Shown piece after piece: positions 50,101-61,391 of a DNA stretch of 64,000 nt (positions are counted from its first letter, which is position 1; each line of letters opens with the position of its first letter). Both the position numbers and the translations under genes were made by a program. This DNA is from Eledone cirrhosa (taxonomy: Eukaryota): contig OZ024764.1 of the NCBI GenBank assembly GCA_964016885.1, forward strand, positions 2,108,001 through 2,172,000, written 5' to 3'. The notes under the pieces are model-generated. The model was not told the origin of the DNA. It saw only the letters and a list, made by a program, of their open reading frames with translations, and ran no database searches.

Positions 50101-51133
50101 CAGTCCACACTGTAAAGTGGTTGTGTAGGTGTCACAACAAAAAGTACCCAGTCCACACTGTAAAGTGGTCATGTAGGTGTCACAACAAAAAGTACCCAGT
50201 CCACACTGTAAAGTGGTCATCTAGGTGTCACAACAAAAAGTACCCAGTCCACACTGTAAAGTGGTCATGTAGGTGTCACAACAAAAAGTACCCAGTCCAC
50301 ACTGTAAAGTGGTCATCTAGGTGTCACAACAAAAAGTACCCAGTCCACACTGTAAAGTGGTTGTGTAGGTGTCACAACAAAAAGTACCCAGTCCACACTG
50401 TAAAGTGGTCATGTAGGTGTCACAACAAAAAGTACCCAGTCCACACTGTAAAGTGGTCATGTAGGTGTCACAACAAAAAGTACCCAGTCCACACTGTAAA
50501 GTGGTCATCTAGGTGTCACAACAAAAAGTACCCAGTCCACACTGTAAAGTGGTCATGTAGGTGTCACAACAAAAAGTACCCAGTCCACACTGTAAAGTGG
50601 TCATGTAGGTGTCACAACAAAAAAGCACCCAGTCCACACTGTAAAGTGGTCATGTAGGTGTCACAACAAAAAGTACCCAGTCCACACTGTAAAGTGGTCA
50701 CGTAGGTGTCACAACAAAAAGTACCCAGTCCACACTGTAAAGTGGTCATCTAGGTGTCACAACAAAAAGTACCCAGTCCACACTGTAAAGTGGTCCTGTA
50801 GGTGTCACAACAAAAAGTACCCAGTCCACACTGTAAAGTGGTCATGTAGGTGTCACAACAAACAACACCCAGTCCACACTGTAAAGTGGTCATGTAGGTG
50901 TCACAACAAAAAGTACCCAGTCCACACTGTAAAGTGGTCATGTAGGTGTCACAACAAAAAGTACCCAGTCCACACTGTAAAGTGGTCATGTAGGTGTCAC
51001 AACAAAAAGTACCCAGTCCACACTGTAAAGTGGTCATGTAGGTGTCACAACAAAAAGTACCCAGCCCACACTGTAAAGTGATCATGTAGGTGTCACAACA
51101 AACAACACCCAGTCCACACTGTAAATGTGGTCA
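47107..51133. repeat. 48-bp minisatellite, about 84 copies (array B), running into a SINE 3' end (to about 51280)
   Basis: Same unit as 2307-3564. Followed by AAGAAGGGCATCCAGCTGTAGAAACC...ATGCTAGCATGGAA. Confidence 0.95.
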
Positions 51134-51500
51134 GCATTAAGAAGGGCATCCAGCTGTAGAAACCAAACCAAAATCATTTCTCTGAGCAAAATCACGCTCC
51201 CACAACCTCATCCCTTACAAAGGGACAGCCCGTCCTACTCATGCTAGCATGGAATATGGGCATTAGGGGATTATTATGATATATATATAAATGTATATAC
51301 ACATACACATGTATATATAGAAGTGTATATATATATGTTCCTAGCCTACTGTTTCTAGGCAACCACTAAGACTGTTATCATCAGAAAACAGAATCCTCTT
51401 CCCTGTTCCATCAATAAAGTTTCCTCTGTGGACATTTTATCTCGACAGAAATAAGCAGAAATATTGGCACACACACTATGTATGATAAGAAAGTTTCACT

Positions 51501-53013
51501 TTAACCCATTAGCGTTTACATTACTCTATATATACTATTGTATTTTCACAGTAAAGGCTTTACCTCACATAATATCTCACATAACATTTACATTACTCTA
51601 TATATACTATTGTATTGTCACAGTAAAGGCTTTACCTCACATAATATCTCACATAACATTTACATTACTCTATATATACTATTGTATTTTCACAGTAAAG
51701 GCTTTACCTCACATAATACCTCACATAACATTTACATTACTCTATATATACTATTGTATTGTCACAGTAAAGGCTTTACCTCACATAATACCTCACATAA
51801 CATTTACATTACTCTATATATACTATTGTATTGTCACAGTAATGGCTTTACCTCACATAATACCTCACATAACATTTACATTACTCTATATATACTATTG
51901 TATTGTCACAGTAAAGGCTTTACCTCACATAATACCTCACATAACATTTACATTACTCTATATATACTATTGTATTGTCACAGTAATGGCTTTACCTCAC
52001 ATAATACCTCACATAACATTTACATTACTCTATATATACTATTGTATTGTCACAGTAAAGGCTTTACCTCACATAATATTTCACATAACATTTACATTAC
52101 TCTATATATACTATTGTATTTTCACAGTAAAGGCTTTACCTCACATAATACCTCACATAACATTTACATTACTCTATATATACTATTGTATTTTCACAGT
52201 ATTGGCTTTACCTCACATAATACCTCACATAACATTTACATTACTCTATATATACTATTGTATTGTCACAGTAAAGACTTTACCTCACATAATATCTCAC
52301 ATAGCATTTACATTACTCTATATATACTATTGTATTTTCACAGTAAAGTCTTTATCTCACATAATATCTCACATAGCATTTACATTACTCTATATATACT
52401 ATTGTATTTTCACAGTATTGGCTTTACCTCACATAATACCTCACATAACATTTACATTACTCTATATATACTATTGTATTGTCACAGTAAAGACTTTACC
52501 TCACATAATATCTCACATAGCATTTACATTACTCTATATATACTATTGTATTTTCAAAGTAAAGACTTTACCTCACATAATATCTCACATAACATTTACA
52601 TTACTCTATATATACTATTGTATTGTCACAGTAAAGGCTTTACCTCACATAATATCTCACATAACATTTACATTACTCTATATATACTATTGTATTTTCA
52701 CAGTAAAGGCTTTACCTCACATAACATTTACATTACTCTATATATGCTATTGTATTTTCACAGTAAAGGCTTTACCTCACATAATATCTCTCATAACATT
52801 TACATTACTCTATATATACTATTGTATTGTCACAGTAAAGACTTTACCTCACATAATACCTCATAACATTTACATTACTCTATATATACTATTGTATTGT
52901 CACAGTAAAGACTTTACCTCACATAATATCTCACATAGCATTTACATTAGTCTATATATACTATTGTATTGTCACAGTAAAGACTTTACCTCACATAATA
53001 TCTCACATAACAT
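51501..53013. repeat. 72-bp satellite array 2, left part (about 21 copies)
   Basis: Begins TTAA-CCCATTAGCG, the MITE terminus. Same unit as array 1. Confidence 0.95.
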
Positions 53014-53224
53014 CTCGTATACGAGAGACGTGTGTTGACGTGTGTGAACAAGCTCGGCTACCGAGTCGGATTTACTTACTCAAAAAGTGAGTTTTGATTA
53101 ATTTTTTTATACTGTAATATACGTTAACCCCTTGCCTTGGTCGTCAAACTTTGAGTTTATTTATTTTCGCCCCTTTTTGGGGCGAATTTTCCAGTTAAAA
53201 ATTTATTACGGCAAACTAATTGAA

Positions 53225-54946
53225 ATGGACGGAATTTTCACATCTCATCCTAACGTGAAAGCCACGCCCCCTAAGAAAGGTGATACAGAGAAGCTAGAAG
53301 CACAAGGCTCTAAGTCTTCCCTCCTCACTTCTGCAAAAGAAACATGGAACACGGAATTAAAAGAAAAATTTGTAAAAATGGGTGAAAACCCAGAAAGTCA
53401 CATAAACGCAGACAAAAACAACAACGACAATAACAGCAATAGTCACAACACCAACCAAGGAAAAAATAACGATAACACCAAACAAAGCGAACCCACTACT
53501 GGTGCCTCCTTTGCACAGGCGGTCCGGAAAACACAAACCTGCAAGCAACTGGACATTACAACTCTGAGAGAAAAGATGAAGGAAGCGAAACAGTATGTAA
53601 CTTTCAAAGAAGGAGGAGACTTCACAATCACCTCCCCACAAGAAATCAAAAGAGACACGACGCTAAGAACGATATCTTTCAGAACAATTTCCAACATAAC
53701 AAGGAAACCAACTCAATTATCCCAAAAAGAGATTGAGCTGGTCCTAAAAAATGTGTGGAGTGATATATCGTTCATACAAAAAGGGCCACTCTATGGGAAT
53801 ATAACGGTCCTAATGAAGGATCAATTGACGGCCAGGAAATACTCTGTGGCACCAATTGTTTCCAAGCTACATACATTTTTCCCCACATATTTAGGGAAAA
53901 GAACGCAGAAGATAAGGGTCTCCGGAATCCGGCCAAATGCATGCATTTCCTGGGTACTAACAGGATTTTTAGAAGACGAGGACGGAATCCTCTCAGTAGG
54001 AGAAGTCACCACAGACGTTTTCGGCGGTTTGAGCGTGGAGGTTCTGGTCCAAATGAGACCAGAACGAATAGCTAGAATACCACAGAGGGTGTCCCTCGAT
54101 GGAGAAACATTTATATATATTTCAGCCGAGGGTAGGAGGCCCATATGTTACTACTGTTCAAGCAGGGGTCATCTAAGGGCTGCTTGTCCTCAATTGACAA
54201 AAAAAAAGGCTCTTTTGCCTACACCCCACACACCACCACCACCACCACCACCACCACCACAACAACAACAAAAACAACAGGGAAAAATAACACAAGACAC
54301 GGCCCCACCCAAAACAACTCCCAAAACACACACAAATACAACAAAACCCCAAAATACACCACTACCCGACAGCACGGACGAGGACCCAGTGGAAACGGCA
54401 CCTAGTGACGAAGAGGGGGAACCCTTCCAACCTGTAAAAAGGAAAAAAAGAAAGCACCACTCGAACATAAACGAAACAAACACACAACCACCAACAAAAA
54501 CAAAACAAACAGAACAAACAAAATCCGCCCCACCCCAAAACATAACACATACAACAAAACGTAAGCACACACAAGAACAACAAACAAACACAACACAAAT
54601 AAAACAGTATACATACATTAACACAAATAACAAAGAACTAGTAAAAACAATACACAAAGACCCTTTGGTGGAAACTGAAGGGCAATTCTTTGCAAGCGCG
54701 GCCAACAAACCGCATTTAAAAATGATAAGACTCCCAATGGACACCTATGCAAAACTAAGAGAGAACTTTCCTGAGGACGTGGGGAAAACATGTACTCGAC
54801 CCTATAACCGCGTCCTCTTGAAACGTTTCCCCACCCACACCTCACCAAACACCCCCACTCCACCACAGAACAACACCCCACCAAACAACCCCTCCAATAC
54901 GCCCATGGATATTGTGCAACCTGCTCCTCAGGAGCCGAACAGGTAG
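53225..54946 (+). CDS. LINE ORF1p, gag-like nucleic-acid-binding protein (573 aa from the first ATG)
   Basis: Uninterrupted ORF with the zinc knuckle CYYCSSRGHLRAAC (CX2CX4HX4C), SFAQAV, a basic KRKKRK stretch and a P/T/Q-rich tail. Confidence 0.9.
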   Translation: MDGIFTSHPNVKATPPKKGDTEKLEAQGSKSSLLTSAKETWNTELKEKFVKMGENPESHINADKNNNDNNSNSHNTNQGKNNDNTKQSEPTTGASFAQAVRKTQTCKQLDITTLREKMKEAKQYVTFKEGGDFTITSPQEIKRDTTLRTISFRTISNITRKPTQLSQKEIELVLKNVWSDISFIQKGPLYGNITVLMKDQLTARKYSVAPIVSKLHTFFPTYLGKRTQKIRVSGIRPNACISWVLTGFLEDEDGILSVGEVTTDVFGGLSVEVLVQMRPERIARIPQRVSLDGETFIYISAEGRRPICYYCSSRGHLRAACPQLTKKKALLPTPHTPPPPPPPPPQQQQKQQGKITQDTAPPKTTPKTHTNTTKPQNTPLPDSTDEDPVETAPSDEEGEPFQPVKRKKRKHHSNINETNTQPPTKTKQTEQTKSAPPQNITHTTKRKHTQEQQTNTTQIKQYTYINTNNKELVKTIHKDPLVETEGQFFASAANKPHLKMIRLPMDTYAKLRENFPEDVGKTCTRPYNRVLLKRFPTHTSPNTPTPPQNNTPPNNPSNTPMDIVQPAPQEPNR

Positions 54947-54967
54947 GTCCTTCCTCTTTTAACCAAC

Positions 54968-57900
54968 ATGGCTGATATAAGAGTTGGGTGTCTGAATGTA
55001 CGTGGCCTGGGACTGTCTTGGAAACAAGGCAAACTTTTAAACGATCTCAGGTCGCATAGAATGGATGTAATGGCTATTTGCGAGTCCAGGATCAGCAGCG
55101 AGCACCAACTGGCGCCCCTCTTCGACGACTTTGAGATCTTCGCATCTCTCTGTCAACCGGGGGGTGGGGGTGGAGTTGTCGTTCTGCTGCGAAAACACCT
55201 GGGCCTCGCCATACAGAAGGTGCACCTGGACCCGGAGGGTCGACTGGTGGTTTTAGACGTCGGCAGTAGTGAAAGTGGAGCCCTTAGACTAATAGCTGTG
55301 TACGCCCCTTTTTGGGCAGCGCGGCCGGAATACTTCCAACGTCTGGAAACTTTTCTGGGAACGTCCCGCTCCTTGCTTTTAGTGGGGGACTGGAATGGTA
55401 TCCTGGATGCACGTTGGGACTATGTAGGGGCATGTGCCAATAGAGGGGGGTGTAAAAGCCTCAAAAGGTTAATCGGCCGATTTGACCTGGCCGATAGATA
55501 TCGACTAGATTTTCCGACTGTACCACTATGGACGTGGACCAATCGCAGTGGAACATCTAGGTCGTACCTAGATAGGGTCCTAGTTAGAGAGAACGATAGG
55601 GACACATTTAGCTGTCCAAAAATGTTCATGGTTGACTATTCGGATCACAAGTTAGTGACCTGCATAGCCAACCTTGATAGAACCCATAGACAGGGACCCG
55701 GTTACTGGAAGCTGAACTTGTCCTTACCGAGAAGCAAAGCTTACAGTAAACGGATTAGCACGTTAGTCAAGCAGAGTTTGACAGGGGCAATTGTCAACAA
55801 CAGGTGGTGGAGCTCTCTTAAGAGAGCAATTAGAATAGAATCGATAGGTTTTAGTCAGGAATTAGCAAGGGATAGGAACAAGACGGAAAGGGAATTAGTA
55901 GATAGAGTAGAAGAGGCGATTAGGAGTGGCAATGTAGCCGGCGTGCTGGCATCAAGAATGGCCTTAGACCAGTTCTTTGAGGTGAAGCATGAAGGCTGCG
56001 TTGTCAGGAGTAAAATACGTGCTCTGGGTAATGAGGGAGCCAAAGCTGTAAGCTGGGCCCGAGTGACAGAGGCAAAAAGTGGGAACAAGTCCACGATTCG
56101 GTCTTTGAAGGACCAGGATGGGCGTGTGATCCTTGAACCTGGGCAGATGTGTGCGGCCTTTCAGCGGCACTTTGCACGACTGTTCGAGAGGGGCGGCGCG
56201 CCGGGTGAGACTATGGATTTCAATCCATACCTCGACGGTCTGCCGCGCCTCTCGGACGCGGAGGCGAAGTCCTGCGAAAGGACGATTTCAGCTGCTGAGA
56301 TAGGGGCGGCGCTGAGCCAATGCGGCAAACGCAAATCCCCGGGTCTCGATGGTCTACCATACGAGCTATATGTAGCGATGCCGGACTTGTTCTCCGATAT
56401 CCTCGAAGCGGTCTACTGCAACTGGCAGCAGAACGGGAGAATTCCCAGTTCTGTGACCAAGGGCGTAGTTACGCTGGTGAGGAAGGATGAGAACAAGGGG
56501 GATGACATAAGTAACTTCAGGCCCATAACTCTGCTAAATACAGAGTTAAAGATTTTGGCCAAGGTGTTAGCGAAGAGGTTGGCGCTTGTCGTTGGAAACC
56601 TGGTGGGAGAAGCGCAGACATGCGCAATCCCGTCCAGGTCCATTCACGACAATCTCCACCTTATGCGATACATCATAGAGAGGGTAGGGAATGAACCCGG
56701 CTTTGGTGGGGCCCTGATCAACTTGGATCAATCTAAAGCTTTCGATAGGGTTGACCATCGTTACCTGGATGCGGTGCTCGCGGCGGCAGGCTTCGGACCC
56801 GTTTTCAGGGGTTGGATTGCTGCGATGCACAGCAGCAACGTCTGCTCAAGGGTCAAGGTGAACGGCCACCTCTCGGAGCCGTTCCAAATCATGCGATCCA
56901 TCCGACAGGGATGCCCTCTCTCCTCCCTACTGTATGTGCTGGCTCTTGAGCCACTACTGCGGAAGTTGGAGCGGTTGCAGGGCATCCCTTTGGAACCGGG
57001 ATTGCAGAAAGCGGCGTCGGCCTACGCCGATGACGTGACAGTAATGGTGTCGAAAACCTCGCAAATCGGTGAGATCGGCACCTTACTGGAGGAATATGAA
57101 AGGTTTACAGGAGCCAAGCTGAACCGGGACAAGTCCGTCGGTTTGCAACTCGGAACATGGAGAGGCAAACCGATGCCCTCCAACGACGTCGTCGGACGCT
57201 GGACGGAGGGCCCGGTGAAGCTGCTTGGGGTCTGGTTCGGACCAGACCTCCAGGTGGAGAAAAACTGGAACGAGGTAACGGCCAGGGTGTTTGCACTCAC
57301 CCAGAAGTGGGCCCAGTGCAAACTATCCCTGAAAGGTCGAGCGGAGGTGGCGAATACTTATATAGCATCCGTCATCTACTACCGCTTGACCGTCGTGCCT
57401 TGCCCAGTGAAAAGACTCGCCAAAATGGAGTGCGCGCTGTTCCAATTTCTTTGGAACAAGCGGACCCCTTTGGTGAGGAGATCCATCTGCTGTCAACACC
57501 CTTCGAAAGGAGGGCTGGGGATGCCGTGGCTACAGATGCGTAAACACGCATTAAGGCTACGGCACCTCCAGGTATTCCTCACCGGTCAACCGGTGTGGGC
57601 CCCGTTTGTGAGGCGAGCCTTTCCCAGACTCGTCTCGCTCACCGAGCTGCAATCCTGGGTCAAGCAAAGACCGAGAAAAGTGGGCGACTGGCACATTGAA
57701 TGTGCCCAGGCGCTCACGGCCCTCTGGAAAGCGGACCCGGCAATCAGTGGAGACTCCACCTCGACATTCTATAGAGGGTTGGTACGCAGCAGGTGCGACG
57801 ATGCTCTCTGAGAAGCTCTAGGCATGGAGGAAGATGAACTGGCCAGTCTGTTCGGTAGGACGTTTGGCCCTGGACCGATGGACAACTTCCAAAAGTCCCT

Positions 57901-58405
57901 GGCTTGGCAGTGCTACCGAGGGGCTCTACCCGTTCGAGACAAGCTCCACAGGCATGGGAGCCTGGGTAGAGATCCTTTGAATAAGATCTGTCCGAGATGC
58001 GTGCATGATGACGAAACCGTTGCGCACGCATTCGTACACTGCCCAGGCATTGCTGACCTGTGGGGCTATGTGGAACGACTACTGTCGAGGGTGGGACCAA
58101 TCCGGTTGACCACCGAGTCCATTGTCACGATCAAACCGCCTCCCCCTTTCAAAAACGAAGGAGAGGCGGTTTTTCTCTGTGTGGTAGCCATGGCTAAAGA
58201 AGTTGTATGGTGGACGAGGCTGAAAGGGCTGAGGTCAGACACCTTTCTCTCCGGCCAACAACTGGTCCCCTTTTTCAAATACCATTTTAAAAGAAGGATC
58301 AGAATGGAGAGAGAGGTGCTCTACCCCAGCAAGTTTTATGAAAGGTGGGTGAAAGTAGGGAGAATGGCCAGAGTGAATGGGTCTTCTCTCTATATCAGCC
58401 TGTAG
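54968..58405 (+). CDS. LINE ORF2p: APE endonuclease, reverse transcriptase and C-terminal CCHC finger, with one in-frame TGA at 57809-57811
   Basis: EN motifs LNVRG, YAP, GDWN, YLDR, SDH. RT motifs KSPGLDG, FRPITLLN, DQSKAFDRV, RQGCPLS, YADD. CPRC...HAFVHC lies in the same frame after the stop. Confidence 0.93.
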
Positions 58406-58642
58406 GTGAAAGAAGAGGAAAAAGAGGAGACGAGGGAAGCACCTACTCTTTGTGCTCCTGAGGAGAAGGGTTACACATTTTTTCCGGGGTGTGTGCAACC
58501 CATGTTAATGCCCCCTCCCTATTGAGGACTTCGTTTGTTGTTGTTATTTCATTGTTATATTTTTGTACTCGTTAATTATATGTAAACTTCCCCCCTTGTA
58601 TCTGTCCCTACCTTTTGTGCCCTAGTGGCAAATAAAGAAACC

Positions 58643-60412
58643 ACTCTATATATACTATTGTATTTTCACAGTAAAGTCTTTATCTCACATAATATCTCAC
58701 ATAACATTTACATTACTCTATATATACTATTGTATTGTCACAGTAAAGGCTTTACCTCACATAATATCTCACATAACATTTACATTACTCTATATATACT
58801 ATTGTATTGTCACAGTAAAGACTTTACCTCACATAATATCTCACATAGCATTTACATTAGTCTATATATACTATTGTATTGTCACAGTAAAGACTTTACC
58901 TCACATAATATCTCACATAGCATTTACATTACTCTATATATACTATTGTATTTTCACAGTATTGGCTTTACCTCACATAATACCTCACATAACATTTACA
59001 TTACTCTATATATACTATTGTATTTTCACAGTAAAGTCTTTATCTCACATAATATCTCACATAACATTTACATTACTCTATATATACTATTGTATTGTCA
59101 CAGTAAAGGCTTTACCTCACATAATATCTCACATAACATTTACATTACTCTATATATACTATTGTATTTTCACAGTAAAGGCTTTACCTCACATAAAACC
59201 TCACATAACATTTACATTACTCTATATATACTATTGTATTGTCACAGTAAAGACTTTACCTCACATAATATCTCACATAGCATTTACATTACTCTATATA
59301 TACTATTGTATTGTCATAGTAAAGACTTTACCTCACATAACATTTACATTACTCTATATATACTATTGTATTTTCACAGTAAAGGCTTTACCTCACATAA
59401 TACCTCACATAACATTTACATTACTCTATATATACTGTTGTATTTTCACAGTATAGGCTTTACCTTACATAATATCTCACATAACATTTACATTTCTCTA
59501 TATATACTATTGTATTTTCACAGTAAAGGCTTTACCTCACATAATATCTCACATAACATTTACATTTCTCTATATATACTATTGTATTTTCACAGTATAG
59601 GCTTTACCTTACATAATATCTCACATAACATTTACATTACTCTATATATACTATTGTATTTTCACAGTAAAGGCTTTACCTCACATAATACCTCACATAA
59701 CATTTACATTACTCTATATATACTATTGTATTTTCACAGTAAAGGCTTTACCTCACATAATACCTCACATAACATTTACATTACTCTATATATACTATTG
59801 TATTTTCACAGTATAGGCTTTACCTTACATAATATCTCACATAACATTTACATTTCTCTATATATACTATTGTATTTTCACAGTAAAGGCTTTACCTCAC
59901 ATAATATCTCACATAACATTTACATTTCTCTATATATACTATTGTATTTTCACAGTATAGGCTTTACCTTACATAATATCTCACATAACATTTACATTAC
60001 TCTATATATACTATTGTATTTTCACAGTAAAGGCTTTACCTCACATAATACCTCACATAACATTTACATTACTCTATATATACTATTGTATTTTCACAGT
60101 AAAGGCTTTACCTCACATAATACCTCACATAACATTTACATTACTCTATATATACTATTGTATTTTCACAGTATAGGCTTTACCTTACATAATATCTCAC
60201 ATAACATTTACATTTCTCTATATATACTATTGTATTTTCACAGTAAAGGCTTTACCTCACATAATATCTCACATAACATTTACATTACTCTATATATACT
60301 ATTGTATTGTCACAGTAAAGGCTTTACCTCACATAATATCTCACATAACATTTACATTTCTCTATATATACTATTATATTTTCACAGTAAAGGCTTTACC
60401 TCACATAATATC
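58643..60412. repeat. 72-bp satellite array 2, right part (about 24 copies)
   Basis: Same unit. A 5-unit (360-bp) periodicity is visible at 59451, 59811 and 60171. Confidence 0.95.
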
Positions 60413-60510
60413 AAATCTGATATTTTGATATCATTTATTTAGATCAGTATGAGTGGCTGGTTACAGGCAGTTTGAACAGAAACAGGTGAGAGAAATCTGG
60501 CTGCATATGG

Positions 60511-60545
<35 letters not shown>

Positions 60546-60548
<3 letters not shown>

Positions 60549-60750
60549 GGAGAAAGTATGACCCCGACGGCAGAGCTCAAGCCGTTTCGGCGGCTATTTC
60601 TGGACTACTTTAGTCCAGAAATAGTCGTCGAAACGGCTTGAGCTCTGCCGTCGGGGCCATACTTTCTCCTATTACCCACTCTACTACCCTAAGTATTGAG
60701 TACTCTGGTGCGTTATGGTCCACCTGGTTCCTAACCACAACTCCTCCATT
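60546..60750 (+). mobile_element. Fold-back element in (TA)n, family F
   Basis: 62-bp arms at 60546-60607 and 60611-60672 around the loop CTT, followed by a tail shared with 32851-32930 and 35821-35900. Confidence 0.8.
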
Positions 60751-60865
60751 ATATATATATATAGTTCAAGGTACAAAAAGTCTTCTTAGAGCTAGAGAAA
60801 ATATATGCCAACACAAATATATGCCATGAAGGGCTCATTCTACTGACATAGCTTTAAAGAAGCTG

Positions 60866-61052
60866 TTTGCAGTATCGGTAGAGGGTCGGACGCCATGCTT
60901 TGCAGCAAAGAGTTACGGCCCTTTATGGTCTGAGTTCAAATCCCGCCGAGGTTAACTTTGCCTTTCATTCTTACAAGGTCGATAAAATAAAGTACCAGTG
61001 TTGCACTGGGTAATTGCTGGCCTTGTGCCTAAAGTAGAAACAATTATTATTA
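60866..61052 (+). mobile_element. SINE family 2
   Basis: B box GAGTTCAAATCC, family core and (ATT)n tail. Confidence 0.85.
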
Positions 61053-61146
61053 CCATTATCTATATAATCACCATAATTGCTGTAATCATCATCATCATTA
61101 GAGGCTATAAAAACAAAATCCCATCAAAGTAGAAATAATTATTAAT

Positions 61147-61269
61147 CAGACAGTCCTATGCGAGCAAGACAACCACTCTTGCCTCAAGTGGGAAAACTCC
61201 CGTCCAAACCCATGCAAGCGTGGAACATGGACGTTAAACGATGATGGTGATGATGATGATGATGATGAT
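61147..61269 (+). mobile_element. Family C extreme 3' end
   Basis: Matches 32507-32612 and ends in (GAT)n. Confidence 0.75.
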
Positions 61270-61391
61270 TCGAAAAACTCAGATGACAGTTCTCGTATTC
61301 AGCCATGTAGAACGATGAAACTATTTGTTAGTTGTTTGAATATGGCAAAGCTCGCCATTTATCGCTCGTATACATGAAATTGACTGGCCAG

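Larger units (their letters stand above)
53014..58640 (+). mobile_element. Apparently full-length Tx1/L1-clade non-LTR retrotransposon
   Basis: 5' UTR, ORF1, 21-nt spacer, ORF2, and a 3' UTR ending AATAAAGAAA. GC-rich relative to its flanks. Satellite on both sides. Confidence 0.95.

Noticed and set aside
53132-53224. ORF1 start at TTG 53132 as given in the track
   Set aside because: In a eukaryotic element the first in-frame ATG, at 53225, is the likelier start.
57824-58405. Separate third ORF of the LINE
   Set aside because: It is in frame with ORF2 and encodes the usual ORF2 CCHC C-terminus.
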